NCBI GenBank assembly: GCA_043228905.1
Contig: JBHGNT010000020.1
Coordinates: 8,990,001-9,054,000, forward strand
DNA length: 64,000 nt
From: Azolla caroliniana
Lineage: Eukaryota > Plantae > Polypodiophyta
Direction of reading: 5' to 3'
Part shown: positions 12,377-26,784 of the stretch, piece after piece
Position numbering within the stretch: position 1 is the stretch's first letter
How the letters are laid out: each line of letters begins with the position of its first letter
Made by a program: the position numbers and the translations under genes
The notes under the pieces: model-generated
Database searches by the model: none
Seen by the model: only the letters and a program-made list of their open reading frames with translations
Told to the model about the DNA's origin: nothing

Positions 12377-14728
12377 CTCACAGGTCATAGGGCTTATAGT
12401 AGAACCTAGTTTATGAGGATAGTCACGATGAAATGTGGTGACCATGTCCGCGACATTGGAAAGATTTGTTGCAGGTTCCCAAGTTCGATTGTTGGGGGTA
12501 TAGCCTACCCAATCAACCAAGTAATACAACTTGTTGCACATAATTTTAGAATCGAGAATGGTAGAAACCTCAAATCTGGGTCGTTCCAGGAACTCAACAT
12601 GTGGTGGGGGAGTTATAAGACGACCCGGAATTGAACTTGGGGCGTAAGGTTCCAAAAGGGATACATGAAACACCGGATGAAGACGTATGTGCAGAGGGAG
12701 CCCAAGACGAAATGCAACATCACATATCTTACCAGTGATCATGTATGGGGCAAAACGTTGGTAATCCAATTTATCGCAAGGCCGAGTAGTGTTGATGTTG
12801 TGTTGGAGAAGTCATACACGATCCCCAAAACGGATTTTTTTGGAGGAATCTAGGCGATGACGAGTGTAACTTGAGCATCATGCAAATTGTGAAGAATGGT
12901 AGCGTGAATTTCTTAGAGGCGACTAAGACGATTCTCAATAGTAGGGTTGGTAGACACTTCTAGACGCGCATTCATTGTCCATCGAGGATGACGACCCATA
13001 TTTGCAAAAAGTGGGGAATATCCTGTAGAAGAATGGACCGAGTTGTTGTAAGTGAATTCAGCCAAGTGCAAAAAATCAACCCAATCATCTTGTTGGTAGT
13101 TGATGAAACAACGAAGATATTGCTCCAATGTTTGGCTGGTATGCTCCGTTTGGCCATTAGTCTCAGGATGATAGCCCGAAGAAAGCTTAGATAAAATTTG
13201 GAGAAGTTTGAGTATGTGCTTCCAAAATTTTGAGATAAATTGTGGACCCCGATCACTAATAACATCATCTGGAAGATCATGGTGCTTAAATACCTCCCGC
13301 ATAATTAGATCGACTGCCTCTTGACTAGTAATAGACTTCGTACATGGCAAGAAATGTCCCATTTTGGTAAGACGATAAACCATTGTGAGAATTGCATCAT
13401 AACCTTTTGAAACTGGGAGATCGGTAATGAAATCCAAGGATATAGACTTCCAAGGATTTTCTGGAATGGGAAGTGGTTGTAGTAAGCCATAGGATCGGTG
13501 TCAAGGACTTTTTGATCGACAACATGTATCACAACTGCGAACATACTCCTCAACAAAATGACGAAGGCGAGGCCACCAATATTGTCGAGAAATTAATTCT
13601 AGAGTTTTGCGTACTCCAAAATGTCCTGCCATTGGTGAGTCATGGCAGTGTTGTAAAACTTGTAGTCGTGGGGGACCATCAGGAACATACAATAGGTTTT
13701 GTCGAAATAGAAAACTACCATGCCAATAGAACTGACGATAATCATTATGAGGGTTTTTCGACTGCGAGCAAGAAGCACGATCTAGGACAATATGATCCAA
13801 AACATCCTTGGCGAATTCATCAGTGGCCATATGATCTCGAATGGAATCAAGAATAGTGGAATCTTCAAGTGTTTTTATGGCATTAACTACCATTAATCGT
13901 AGGCGATTAGGACCTAAAAGGATTTGTTTTTGATGCTCAAACGCAGGTTCCCCTCGATGAAGTTCCATATAAGAGCATCGAGAAAACGCATTTGCTTTGC
14001 CTTGATGCATCCCAAGGCGATATATGATTACAAAGTCAAAGTGGGTCAAAAATTGCGCCCACCACGCTTGTCACCGACTCAAGATGCGAGCATTTTGAAA
14101 ATATGGTAGGTTCTTATGATCATTGTAGACAATGATCTGTTGAGAAGACCCTTCTAGAAAATGTCGCCATTGTTGAAAAGAATCCACGATTGCAAGAAGT
14201 TCTTTGTCATGGATCTCAAAGTTTATCTTTGCAACTTCAAACTTTTGGGAATGAAAGGCGACAAGGTGTAGCTCTCCGTCATCTCCAGTCTGTGATAGGA
14301 CACTTCCTAGTGCAAAATTGGATGCATCAACTTCAAGGATGAAGCCGCGTTTTGTTGGGTCGACATGTGCTAAAATAGGTGTCGTTGTAAACGCCCATTT
14401 TAAACTTTCAAATGCCTTGGCTGCATCTAAACTCCATATGAATGGTTGATTTTTGTGTGTGAGTTGAGTGAGCTGAAGCACAACCTTAGAATAATTTTTA
14501 ATAAATTTCCGATAAAAGTTTGCAAACCTGAGAAAACATTGTATATCGCACACTCAAACGGGCATCCACCATTCTAAAATTGCTCGAACCTTCATGGGGT
14601 CCATAGAAATACCATCTGATGATACAACGTACCCCAAAAATTCCACTTGATTCTGGCCGAAACTACACTTTTCTAATTTTGCATAGAGACCATATTCTCG
14701 TAGGCGACGTAGTACCTGACGAACATGT
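12377..14728 (-). pseudogene. Chromoviral Ty3/gypsy pol fragment (RT end, RNase H, integrase, chromodomain), Tcn1-like
   Basis: FILEVDASNFALGSVLSQ, IHDKELLAIV, HDSPMAGHFG...CDTC, MDFITDLP, ISDRGPQF, HPVFHVSLL, and the chromodomain YYLVDWVGY...TWEP. Confidence 0.9.
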
Positions 14729-15105
14729 CCTCTCTTTCTCTCTCTTTCTCTTGATAATTTAAACCAATTTGGTTTTTGGAGGATTGATAGATCCCTATTT
14801 ATAAATCCTTATAGAGTAATATAGATTATTCTAGAATAATTTAGGACATTCTAGAATATAGAGTAACCTAGTAGTCTAGAAGGTTTATAGAGTATTGTAG
14901 AAGGTTCTAGCATATAGAACACTCTAGAATATTCTAGGACATTCTAGAATATAAAGTAATATATAATATTCTTAAGATATTGGATTATATATTCTAAAAA
15001 CCATACACATAAACATGTTACTATAATGGTTAAGGATTTGACATGTGTATAACAAGTTTGTGGCCTCAAATCCTTTTGAGGCATGATGTGAGTGTCATCA
15101 TGACA
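14729..15105 (-). mobile_element. Partial LTR-like segment rich in TCTAGA repeats (present in each array unit)
   Basis: Ends ...catgaca; reverse TATA-like ctatttata; many ttctagaa motifs. Confidence 0.5.
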
Positions 15106-15114
15106 GAAGGGGCA

Positions 15115-15386
15115 TGTTGAGAGTCAAACTCAACTTCTCGAGTGTGGGAACACACTCTAGGATACTCAAGTGTGTGACCACCCCACCTCTTTGTATAGTA
15201 ACTAGTGTGTCATAGAAGTTAATATCCTATGATACATATTCTTTAAAGTAGTTAAGACTCGACCTCTTTCCCAAGAGGTGCCTCTAGTGAGAGAACCTAG
15301 AGAGAAGGTGACTACATAAGCAACTTCTCCTTTTCTTTTGTAACTATTGGTCATTCTTGTTATACAGTTTTCTGTTTTTCTGTAAC
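15115..15386 (+). mobile_element. Possible truncated LTR (each unit)
   Basis: Purine tract gaaggggca followed by tgttgagag..., interrupted by the (CT)n and L1 tail. Confidence 0.35.
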
Positions 15387-15419
<33 letters not shown>

Positions 15420-15895
15420 AAACTCACAATTATATTAATAAATGTGTGTAAAAAACACTACTTACAATGGGTGTGACCATGAAGTATGGTCACCCACTAA
15501 CTACACTACACTACATGGGTAGTGGAACATGTTGAATTGCCAATAGGCAAGACGAATATTCCACCGAGGAAAGGATTTCCACTTGTTCCAATAATGAAAA
15601 TTGTCACATTAGTACTCCCTTCAACTTTCGTAGATATGCTTTCACTCCATGTCTACCATCGAATATAAAAGTGTTGCGCATATTCCAATTATGACGCAAT
15701 CCCCAATATCTCAAAAATAGAAAAACAATCTCCATCTATGACTCTGGGTCCACCTGTGTAAATTGTGCAAACACCCACTGTCTAGGTGTCAAATAACACT
15801 GTGATAAAACTTGCCAAATTTGAGAAATGTAACTCCAAATCTGAGAAGCAATCGGGCATTGTATAAATCGATGAGTATTATCTTCCATTTGAACA
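15387..15895 (-). mobile_element. 5'-truncated L1 3' end (each unit)
   Basis: EDNTHRFIQCPIA...RYWGLRHNWNM...QHVPLPM* is homologous to 9700-10167 and ends in (CT)n. Confidence 0.85.
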
Positions 15896-18556
15896 ATTAG
15901 ATGGTTGCATACAATGCATACATAATTAGATAACTTGACATTTTCGGTTGAGTATGCATGTTAGAATTTGTAAAATTGTCGTAAGTGCTAAAGAAATGGT
16001 TATCACATTGATGAAGTTCTTGATAGCCTTGCTAAAACAATTTGATAGATTTTGTCTACAAGCACGACTTCTCAACAAATCAAGTGCTACTTTTTGAACC
16101 TTTGATACACTAGGCAATTTTGCCGAGAAAAACACATGTATTAATAAATGCATATGCACACACAATCCATTGGATAAGTATAGTCTTGAGGTAATTAATA
16201 TTTCAAGAGCAACATTTGGTGGTGACAACATGGATGAAAGCAGTAGAAAACAAAAGAAGAAGTCATTGTTTCACTTGAAGTTAATGTCTCTAGGAACAAT
16301 GACTTCTTCTTTTGTTTTCTACTGCTTTAGTCTCAGGATGATAGCCCGAAGAAAGCTTAGATAAAATTTGGAGAAGTTTGAGTATGTGCTTCCAAAATTT
16401 TGAGATAAATTGTGGACCCCGATCACTAATAACATCATCTGGAAGATCATGGTGCTTAAATACCTCCCGCATAATTAGATCGACTGCCTCTTGACTAGTA
16501 ATAGACTTCGTACATGGCAAGAAATGTCCCATTTTGGTAAGACGATAAACCATTGTGAGAATTGCATCATAACCTTTTGAAACTGGGAGATCGGTAATGA
16601 AATCCAAGGATATAGACTTCCAAGGATTTTCTGGAATGGGAAGTGGTTGTAGTAAGCCATAGGATCGGTGTCAAGGACTTTTTGATCGACAACATGTATC
16701 ACAACTGCGAACATACTCCTCAACAAAATGACGAAGGCGAGGCCACCAATATTGTCGAGAAATTAATTCTAGAGTTTTGCGTACTCCAAAATGTCCTGCC
16801 ATTGGTGAGTCATGGCAGTGTTGTAAAACTTGTAGTCGTGGGGGACCATCAGGAACATACAATAGGTTTTGTCGAAATAGAAAACTACCATGCCAATAGA
16901 ACTGACGATAATCATTATGAGGGTTTTTCGACTGCGAGCAAGAAGCACGATCTAGGACAATATGATCCAAAACATCCTTGGCGAATTCATCAGTGGCCAT
17001 ATGATCTCGAATGGAATCAAGAATAGTGGAATCTTCAAGTGTTTTTATGGCATTAACTACCATTAATCGTAGGCGATTAGGACCTAAAAGGATTTGTTTT
17101 TGATGCTCAAACGCAGGTTCCCCTCGATGAAGTTCCATATAAGAGCATCGAGAAAACGCATTTGCTTTGCCTTGATGCATCCCAAGGCGATATATGATTA
17201 CAAAGTCAAAGTGGGTCAAAAATTGCGCCCACCACGCTTGTCACCGACTCAAGATGCGAGCATTTTGAAAATATGGTAGGTTCTTATGATCATTGTAGAC
17301 AATGATCTGTTGAGAAGACCCTTCTAGAAAATGTCGCCATTGTTGAAAAGAATCCACGATTGCAAGAAGTTCTTTGTCATGGATCTCAAAGTTTATCTTT
17401 GCAACTTCAAACTTTTGGGAATGAAAGGCGACAAGGTGTAGCTCTCCGTCATCTCCAGTCTGTGATAGGACACTTCCTAGTGCAAAATTGGATGCATCAA
17501 CTTCAAGGATGAAGCCGCGTTTTGTTGGGTCGACATGTGCTAAAATAGGTGTCGTTGTAAACGCCCATTTTAAACTTTCAAATGCCTTGGCTGCATCTAA
17601 ACTCCATATGAATGGTTGATTTTTGTGTGTGAGTTGAGTGAGCTGAAGCACAACCTTAGAATAATTTTTAATAAATTTCCGATAAAAGTTTGCAAACCTG
17701 AGAAAACATTGTATATCGCACACTCAAACGGGCATCCACCATTCTAAAATTGCTCGAACCTTCATGGGGTCCATAGAAATACCATCTGATGATACAACGT
17801 ACCCCAAAAATTCCACTTGATTCTGGCCGAAACTACACTTTTCTAATTTTGCATAGAGACCATATTCTCGTAGGCGACGTAGTACCTGACGAACATGTCC
17901 TCTCTTTCTCTCTCTTTCTCTTGATAATTTAAACCAATTTGGTTTTTGGAGGATTGATAGATCCCTATTTATAAATCCTTATAGAGTAATATAGATTATT
18001 CTAGAATAATTTAGGACATTCTAGAATATAGAGTAACCTAGTAGTCTAGAAGGTTTATAGAGTATTGTAGAAGGTTCTAGCATATAGAACACTCTAGAAT
18101 ATTCTAGGACATTCTAGAATATAAAGTAATATATAATATTCTTAAGATATTGGATTATATATTCTAAAAACCATACACATAAACATGTTACTATAATGGT
18201 TAAGGATTTGACATGTGTATAACAAGTTTGTGGCCTCAAATCCTTTTGAGGCATGATGTGAGTGTCATCATGACAGAAGGGGCATGTTGAGAGTCAAACT
18301 CAACTTCTCGAGTGTGGGAACACACTCTAGGATACTCAAGTGTGTGACCACCCCACCTCTTTGTATAGTAACTAGTGTGTCATAGAAGTTAATATCCTAT
18401 GATACATATTCTTTAAAGTAGTTAAGACTCGACCTCTTTCCCAAGAGGTGCCTCTAGTGAGAGAACCTAGAGAGAAGGTGACTACATAAGCAACTTCTCC
18501 TTTTCTTTTGTAACTATTGGTCATTCTTGTTATACAGTTTTCTGTTTTTCTGTAAC

Positions 18557-18589
<33 letters not shown>

Positions 18590-21500
18590 AAACTCACAAT
18601 TATATTAATAAATGTGTGTAAAAAACACTACTTACAATGGGTGTGACCATGAAGTATGGTCACCCACTAACTACACTACACTACATGGGTAGTGGAACAT
18701 GTTGAATTGCCAATAGGCAAGACGAATATTCCACCGAGGAAAGGATTTCCACTTGTTCCAATAATGAAAATTGTCACATTAGTACTCCCTTCAACTTTCG
18801 TAGATATGCTTTCACTCCATGTCTACCATCGAATATAAAAGTGTTGCGCATATTCCAATTATGACGCAATCCCCAATATCTCAAAAATAGAAAAACAATC
18901 TCCATCTATGACTCTGGGTCCACCTGTGTAAATTGTGCAAACACCCACTGTCTAGGTGTCAAATAACACTGTGATAAAACTTGCCAAATTTGAGAAATGT
19001 AACTCCAAATCTGAGAAGCAATCGGGCATTGTATAAATCGATGAGTATTATCTTCCATTTGAACAATTAGATGGTTGCATACAATGCATACATAATTAGA
19101 TAACTTGACATTTTCGGTTGAGTATGCATGTTAGAATTTGTAAAATTGTCGTAAGTGCTAAAGAAATGGTTATCACATTGATGAAGTTCTTGATAGCCTT
19201 GCTAAAACAATTTGATAGATTTTGTCTACAAGCACGACTTCTCAACAAATCAAGTGCTACTTTTTGAACCTTTGATACACTAGGCAATTTTGCCGAGAAA
19301 AACACATGTATTAATAAATGCATATGCACACACAATCCATTGGATAAGTATAGTCTTGAGGTAATTAATATTTCAAGAGCAACATTTGGTGGTGACAACA
19401 TGGATGAAAGCAGTAGAAAACAAAAGAAGAAGTCATTGTTTCACTTGAAGTTAATGTCTCTAGGAACAATGACTTCTTCTTTTGTTTTCTACTGCTTTAG
19501 TCTCAGGATGATAGCCCGAAGAAAGCTTAGATAAAATTTGGAGAAGTTTGAGTATGTGCTTCCAAAATTTTGAGATAAATTGTGGACCCCGATCACTAAT
19601 AACATCATCTGGAAGATCATGGTGCTTAAATACCTCCCGCATAATTAGATCGACTGCCTCTTGACTAGTAATAGACTTCGTACATGGCAAGAAATGTCCC
19701 ATTTTGGTAAGACGATAAACCATTGTGAGAATTGCATCATAACCTTTTGAAACTGGGAGATCGGTAATGAAATCCAAGGATATAGACTTCCAAGGATTTT
19801 CTGGAATGGGAAGTGGTTGTAGTAAGCCATAGGATCGGTGTCAAGGACTTTTTGATCGACAACATGTATCACAACTGCGAACATACTCCTCAACAAAATG
19901 ACGAAGGCGAGGCCACCAATATTGTCGAGAAATTAATTCTAGAGTTTTGCGTACTCCAAAATGTCCTGCCATTGGTGAGTCATGGCAGTGTTGTAAAACT
20001 TGTAGTCGTGGGGGACCATCAGGAACATACAATAGGTTTTGTCGAAATAGAAAACTACCATGCCAATAGAACTGACGATAATCATTATGAGGGTTTTTCG
20101 ACTGCGAGCAAGAAGCACGATCTAGGACAATATGATCCAAAACATCCTTGGCGAATTCATCAGTGGCCATATGATCTCGAATGGAATCAAGAATAGTGGA
20201 ATCTTCAAGTGTTTTTATGGCATTAACTACCATTAATCGTAGGCGATTAGGACCTAAAAGGATTTGTTTTTGATGCTCAAACGCAGGTTCCCCTCGATGA
20301 AGTTCCATATAAGAGCATCGAGAAAACGCATTTGCTTTGCCTTGATGCATCCCAAGGCGATATATGATTACAAAGTCAAAGTGGGTCAAAAATTGCGCCC
20401 ACCACGCTTGTCACCGACTCAAGATGCGAGCATTTTGAAAATATGGTAGGTTCTTATGATCATTGTAGACAATGATCTGTTGAGAAGACCCTTCTAGAAA
20501 ATGTCGCCATTGTTGAAAAGAATCCACGATTGCAAGAAGTTCTTTGTCATGGATCTCAAAGTTTATCTTTGCAACTTCAAACTTTTGGGAATGAAAGGCG
20601 ACAAGGTGTAGCTCTCCGTCATCTCCAGTCTGTGATAGGACACTTCCTAGTGCAAAATTGGATGCATCAACTTCAAGGATGAAGCCGCGTTTTGTTGGGT
20701 CGACATGTGCTAAAATAGGTGTCGTTGTAAACGCCCATTTTAAACTTTCAAATGCCTTGGCTGCATCTAAACTCCATATGAATGGTTGATTTTTGTGTGT
20801 GAGTTGAGTGAGCTGAAGCACAACCTTAGAATAATTTTTAATAAATTTCCGATAAAAGTTTGCAAACCTGAGAAAACATTGTATATCGCACACTCAAACG
20901 GGCATCCACCATTCTAAAATTGCTCGAACCTTCATGGGGTCCATAGAAATACCATCTGATGATACAACGTACCCCAAAAATTCCACTTGATTCTGGCCGA
21001 AACTACACTTTTCTAATTTTGCATAGAGACCATATTCTCGTAGGCGACGTAGTACCTGACGAACATGTCCTCTCTTTCTCTCTCTTTCTCTTGATAATTT
21101 AAACCAATTTGGTTTTTGGAGGATTGATAGATCCCTATTTATAAATCCTTATAGAGTAATATAGATTATTCTAGAATAATTTAGGACATTCTAGAATATA
21201 GAGTAACCTAGTAGTCTAGAAGGTTTATAGAGTATTGTAGAAGGTTCTAGCATATAGAACACTCTAGAATATTCTAGGACATTCTAGAATATAAAGTAAT
21301 ATATAATATTCTTAAGATATTGGATTATATATTCTAAAAACCATACACATAAACATGTTACTATAATGGTTAAGGATTTGACATGTGTATAACAAGTTTG
21401 TGGCCTCAAATCCTTTTGAGGCATGATGTGAGTGTCATCATGACAGAAGGGGCATGTTGAGAGTCAAACTCAACTTCTCGAGTGTGGGAACACACTCTAG

Positions 21501-21726
21501 GATACTCAAGTGTGTGACCACCCCACCTCTTTGTATAGTAACTAGTGTGTCATAGAAGTTAATATCCTATGATACATATTCTTTAAAGTAGTTAAGACTC
21601 GACCTCTTTCCCAAGAGGTGCCTCTAGTGAGAGAACCTAGAGAGAAGGTGACTACATAAGCAACTTCTCCTTTTCTTTTGTAACTATTGGTCATTCTTGT
21701 TATACAGTTTTCTGTTTTTCTGTAAC

Positions 21727-21759
<33 letters not shown>

Positions 21760-24700
21760 AAACTCACAATTATATTAATAAATGTGTGTAAAAAACACTA
21801 CTTACAATGGGTGTGACCATGAAGTATGGTCACCCACTAACTACACTACACTACATGGGTAGTGGAACATGTTGAATTGCCAATAGGCAAGACGAATATT
21901 CCACCGAGGAAAGGATTTCCACTTGTTCCAATAATGAAAATTGCCACATTAGTACTCCCTTCAACTTTCGTAGATATGCTTTCACTCCATGTCTACCATC
22001 GAATATAAAAGTGTTGCGCATATTCCAATTATGACGCAATCCCCAATATCTCAAAAATAGAAAAACAATCTCCATCTATGACTCTGGGTCCACCTGTGTA
22101 AATTGTGCAAACACCCACTGTCTAGGTGTCAAATAACACTGTGATAAAACTTGCCAAATTTGAGAAATGTAACTCCAAATCTGAGAAGCAATCGGGCATT
22201 GTATAAATCGATGAGTATTATCTTCCATTTGAACAATTAGATGGTTGCATACAATGCATACATAATTAGATAACTTGACATTTTCGGTTGAGTATGCATG
22301 TTAGAATTTGTAAAATTGTCGTAAGTGCTAAAGAAATGGTTATCACATTGATGAAGTTCTTGATAGCCTTGCTAAAACAATTTGATAGATTTTGTCTACA
22401 AGCACGACTTCTCAACAAATCAAGTGCTACTTTTTGAACCTTTGATACACTAGGCAATTTTGCCGAGAAAAACACATGTATTAATAAATGCATATGCACA
22501 CACAATCCATTGGATAAGTATAGTCTTGAGGTAATTAATATTTCAAGAGCAACATTTGGTGGTGACAACATGGATGAAAGCAGTAGAAAACAAAAGAAGA
22601 AGTCATTGTTTCACTTGAAGTTAATGTCTCTAGGAACAATGACTTCTTCTTTTGTTTTCTACTGCTTTAGTCTCAGGATGATAGCCCGAAGAAAGCTTAG
22701 ATAAAATTTGGAGAAGTTTGAGTATGTGCTTCCAAAATTTTGAGATAAATTGTGGACCCCGATCACTAATAACATCATCTGGAAGATCATGGTGCTTAAA
22801 TACCTCCCGCATAATTAGATCGACTGCCTCTTGACTAGTAATAGACTTCGTACATGGCAAGAAATGTCCCATTTTGGTAAGACGATAAACCATTGTGAGA
22901 ATTGCATCATAACCTTTTGAAACTGGGAGATCGGTAATGAAATCCAAGGATATAGACTTCCAAGGATTTTCTGGAATGGGAAGTGGTTGTAGTAAGCCAT
23001 AGGATCGGTGTCAAGGACTTTTTGATCGACAACATGTATCACAACTGCGAACATACTCCTCAACAAAATGACGAAGGCGAGGCCACCAATATTGTCGAGA
23101 AATTAATTCTAGAGTTTTGCGTACTCCAAAATGTCCTGCCATTGGTGAGTCATGGCAGTGTTGTAAAACTTGTAGTCGTGGGGGACCATCAGGAACATAC
23201 AATAGGTTTTGTCGAAATAGAAAACTACCATGCCAATAGAACTGACGATAATCATTATGAGGGTTTTTCGACTGCGAGCAAGAAGCACGATCTAGGACAA
23301 TATGATCCAAAACATCCTTGGCGAATTCATCAGTGGCCATATGATCTCGAATGGAATCAAGAATAGTGGAATCTTCAAGTGTTTTTATGGCATTAACTAC
23401 CATTAATCGTAGGCGATTAGGACCTAAAAGGATTTGTTTTTGATGCTCAAACGCAGGTTCCCCTCGATGAAGTTCCATATAAGAGCATCGAGAAAACGCA
23501 TTTGCTTTGCCTTGATGCATCCCAAGGCGATATATGATTACAAAGTCAAAGTGGGTCAAAAATTGCGCCCACCACGCTTGTCACCGACTCAAGATGCGAG
23601 CATTTTGAAAATATGGTAGGTTCTTATGATCATTGTAGACAATGATCTGTTGAGAAGACCCTTCTAGAAAATGTCGCCATTGTTGAAAAGAATCCACGAT
23701 TGCAAGAAGTTCTTTGTCATGGATCTCAAAGTTTATCTTTGCAACTTCAAACTTTTGGGAATGAAAGGCGACAAGGTGTAGCTCTCCGTCATCTCCAGTC
23801 TGTGATAGGACACTTCCTAGTGCAAAATTGGATGCATCAACTTCAAGGATGAAGCCGCGTTTTGTTGGGTCGACATGTGCTAAAATAGGTGTCGTTGTAA
23901 ACGCCCATTTTAAACTTTCAAATGCCTTGGCTGCATCTAAACTCCATATGAATGGTTGATTTTTGTGTGTGAGTTGAGTGAGCTGAAGCACAACCTTAGA
24001 ATAATTTTTAATAAATTTCCGATAAAAGTTTGCAAACCTGAGAAAACATTGTATATCGCACACTCAAACGGGCATCCACCATTCTAAAATTGCTCGAACC
24101 TTCATGGGGTCCATAGAAATACCATCTGATGATACAACGTACCCCAAAAATTCCACTTGATTCTGGCCGAAACTACACTTTTCTAATTTTGCATAGAGAC
24201 CATATTCTCGTAGGCGACGTAGTACCTGACGAACATGTCCTCTCTTTCTCTCTCTTTCTCTTGATAATTTAAACCAATTTGGTTTTTGGAGGATTGATAG
24301 ATCCCTATTTATAAATCCTTATAGAGTAATATAGATTATTCTAGAATAATTTAGGACATTCTAGAATATAGAGTAACCTAGTAGTCTAGAAGGTTTATAG
24401 AGTATTGTAGAAGGTTCTAGCATATAGAACACTCTAGAATATTCTAGGACATTCTAGAATATAAAGTAATATATAATATTCTTAAGATATTGGATTATAT
24501 ATTCTAAAAACCATACACATAAACATGTTACTATAATGGTTAAGGATTTGACATGTGTATAACAAGTTTGTGGCCTCAAATCCTTTTGAGGCATGATGTG
24601 AGTGTCATCATGACAGAAGGGGCATGTTGAGAGTCAAACTCAACTTCTCGAGTGTGGGAACACACTCTAGGATACTCAAGTGTGTGACCACCCCACCTCT

Positions 24701-24896
24701 TTGTATAGTAACTAGTGTGTCATAGAAGTTAATATCCTATGATACATATTCTTTAAAGTAGTTAAGACTCGACCTCTTTCCCAAGAGGTGCCTCTAGTGA
24801 GAGAACCTAGAGAGAAGGTGACTACATAAGCAACTTCTCCTTTTCTTTTGTAACTATTGGTCATTCTTGTTATACAGTTTTCTGTTTTTCTGTAAC

Positions 24897-24929
<33 letters not shown>

Positions 24930-26684
24930 AAACTCACAATTATATTAATAAATGTGTGTAAAAAACACTACTTACAATGGGTGTGACCATGAAGTATGGT
25001 CACCCACTAACTACACTACACTACATGGGTAGTGGAACATGTTGAATTGCCAATAGGCAAGACGAATATTCCACCGAGGAAAGGATTTCCACTTGTTCCA
25101 ATAATGAAAATTGCCACATTAGTACTCCCTTCAACTTTCGTAGATATGCTTTCACTCCATGTCTACCATCGAATATAAAAGTGTTGCGCATATTCCAATT
25201 ATGACGCAATCCCCAATATCTCAAAAATAGAAAAACAATCTCCATCTATGACTCTGGGTCCACCTGTGTAAATTGTGCAAACACCCACTGTCTAGGTGTC
25301 AAATAACACTGTGATAAAACTTGCCAAATTTGAGAAATGTAACTCCAAATCTGAGAAGCAATCGGGCATTGTATAAATCGATGAGTATTATCTTCCATTT
25401 GAACAATTAGATGGTTGCATACAATGCATACATAATTAGATAACTTGACATTTTCGGTTGAGTATGCATGTTAGAATTTGTAAAATTGTCGTAAGTGCTA
25501 AAGAAATGGTTATCACATTGATGAAGTTCTTGATAGCCTTGCTAAAACAATTTGATAGATTTTGTCTACAAGCACGACTTCTCAACAAATCAAGTGCTAC
25601 TTTTTGAACCTTTGATACACTAGGCAATTTTGCCGAGAAAAACACATGTATTAATAAATGCATATGCACACACAATCCATTGGATAAGTATAGTCTTGAG
25701 GTAATTAATATTTCAAGAGCAACATTTGGTGGTGACAACATGGATGAAAGCAGTAGAAAACAAAAGAAGAAGTCATTGTTTCACTTGAAGTTAATGTCTC
25801 TAGGAACAATGACTTCTTCTTTTGTTTTCTACTGCTTTAGTCTCAGGATGATAGCCCGAAGAAAGCTTAGATAAAATTTGGAGAAGTTTGAGTATGTGCT
25901 TCCAAAATTTTGAGATAAATTGTGGACCCCGATCACTAATAACATCATCTGGAAGATCATGGTGCTTAAATACCTCCCGCATAATTAGATCGACTGCCTC
26001 TTGACTAGTAATAGACTTCGTACATGGCAAGAAATGTCCCATTTTGGTAAGACGATAAACCATTGTGAGAATTGCATCATAACCTTTTGAAACTGGGAGA
26101 TCGGTAATGAAATCCAAGGATATAGACTTCCAAGGATTTTCTGGAATGGGAAGTGGTTGTAGTAAGCCATAGGATCGGTGTCAAGGACTTTTTGATCGAC
26201 AACATGTATCACAACTGCGAACATACTCCTCAACAAAATGACGAAGGCGAGGCCACCAATATTGTCGAGAAATTAATTCTAGAGTTTTGCGTACTCCAAA
26301 ATGTCCTGCCATTGGTGAGTCATGGCAGTGTTGTAAAACTTGTAGTCGTGGGGGACCATCAGGAACATACAATAGGTTTTGTCGAAATAGAAAACTACCA
26401 TGCCAATAGAACTGACGATAATCATTATGAGGGTTTTTCGACTGCGAGCAAGAAGCACGATCTAGGACAATATGATCCAAAACATCCTTGGCGAATTCAT
26501 CAGTGGCCATATGATCTCGAATGGAATCAAGAATAGTGGAATCTTCAAGTGTTTTTATGGCATTAACTACCATTAATCGTAGGCGATTAGGACCTAAAAG
26601 GATTTGTTACGATGAAGTTCCATATAAGAGCATCGAGAAAACGCATTTGCTTTGCCTTGATGCATCCCAAGGCGATATATGATT

Positions 26685-26784
26685 NNNNNNNNNNNNNNNN
26701 NNNNNNNNNNNNNNNNNNNNNNNNNNNNNNNNNNNNNNNNNNNNNNNNNNNNNNNNNNNNNNNNNNNNNNNNNNNNNNNNNNNN
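26685..26784. other. Assembly gap (100 N) inside the array
   Basis: Run of N; the array phase shifts across it. Confidence 0.99.

Noticed and set aside
15926-16364. 101-aa and 64-aa ORFs recurring in each unit
   Set aside because: No recognisable motifs; recurrence is just the DNA repeat, and one ORF spans the novel junction.
26600-26684. Short deletion variant next to the gap
   Set aside because: It lies at a contig end and is most likely a low-quality consensus.
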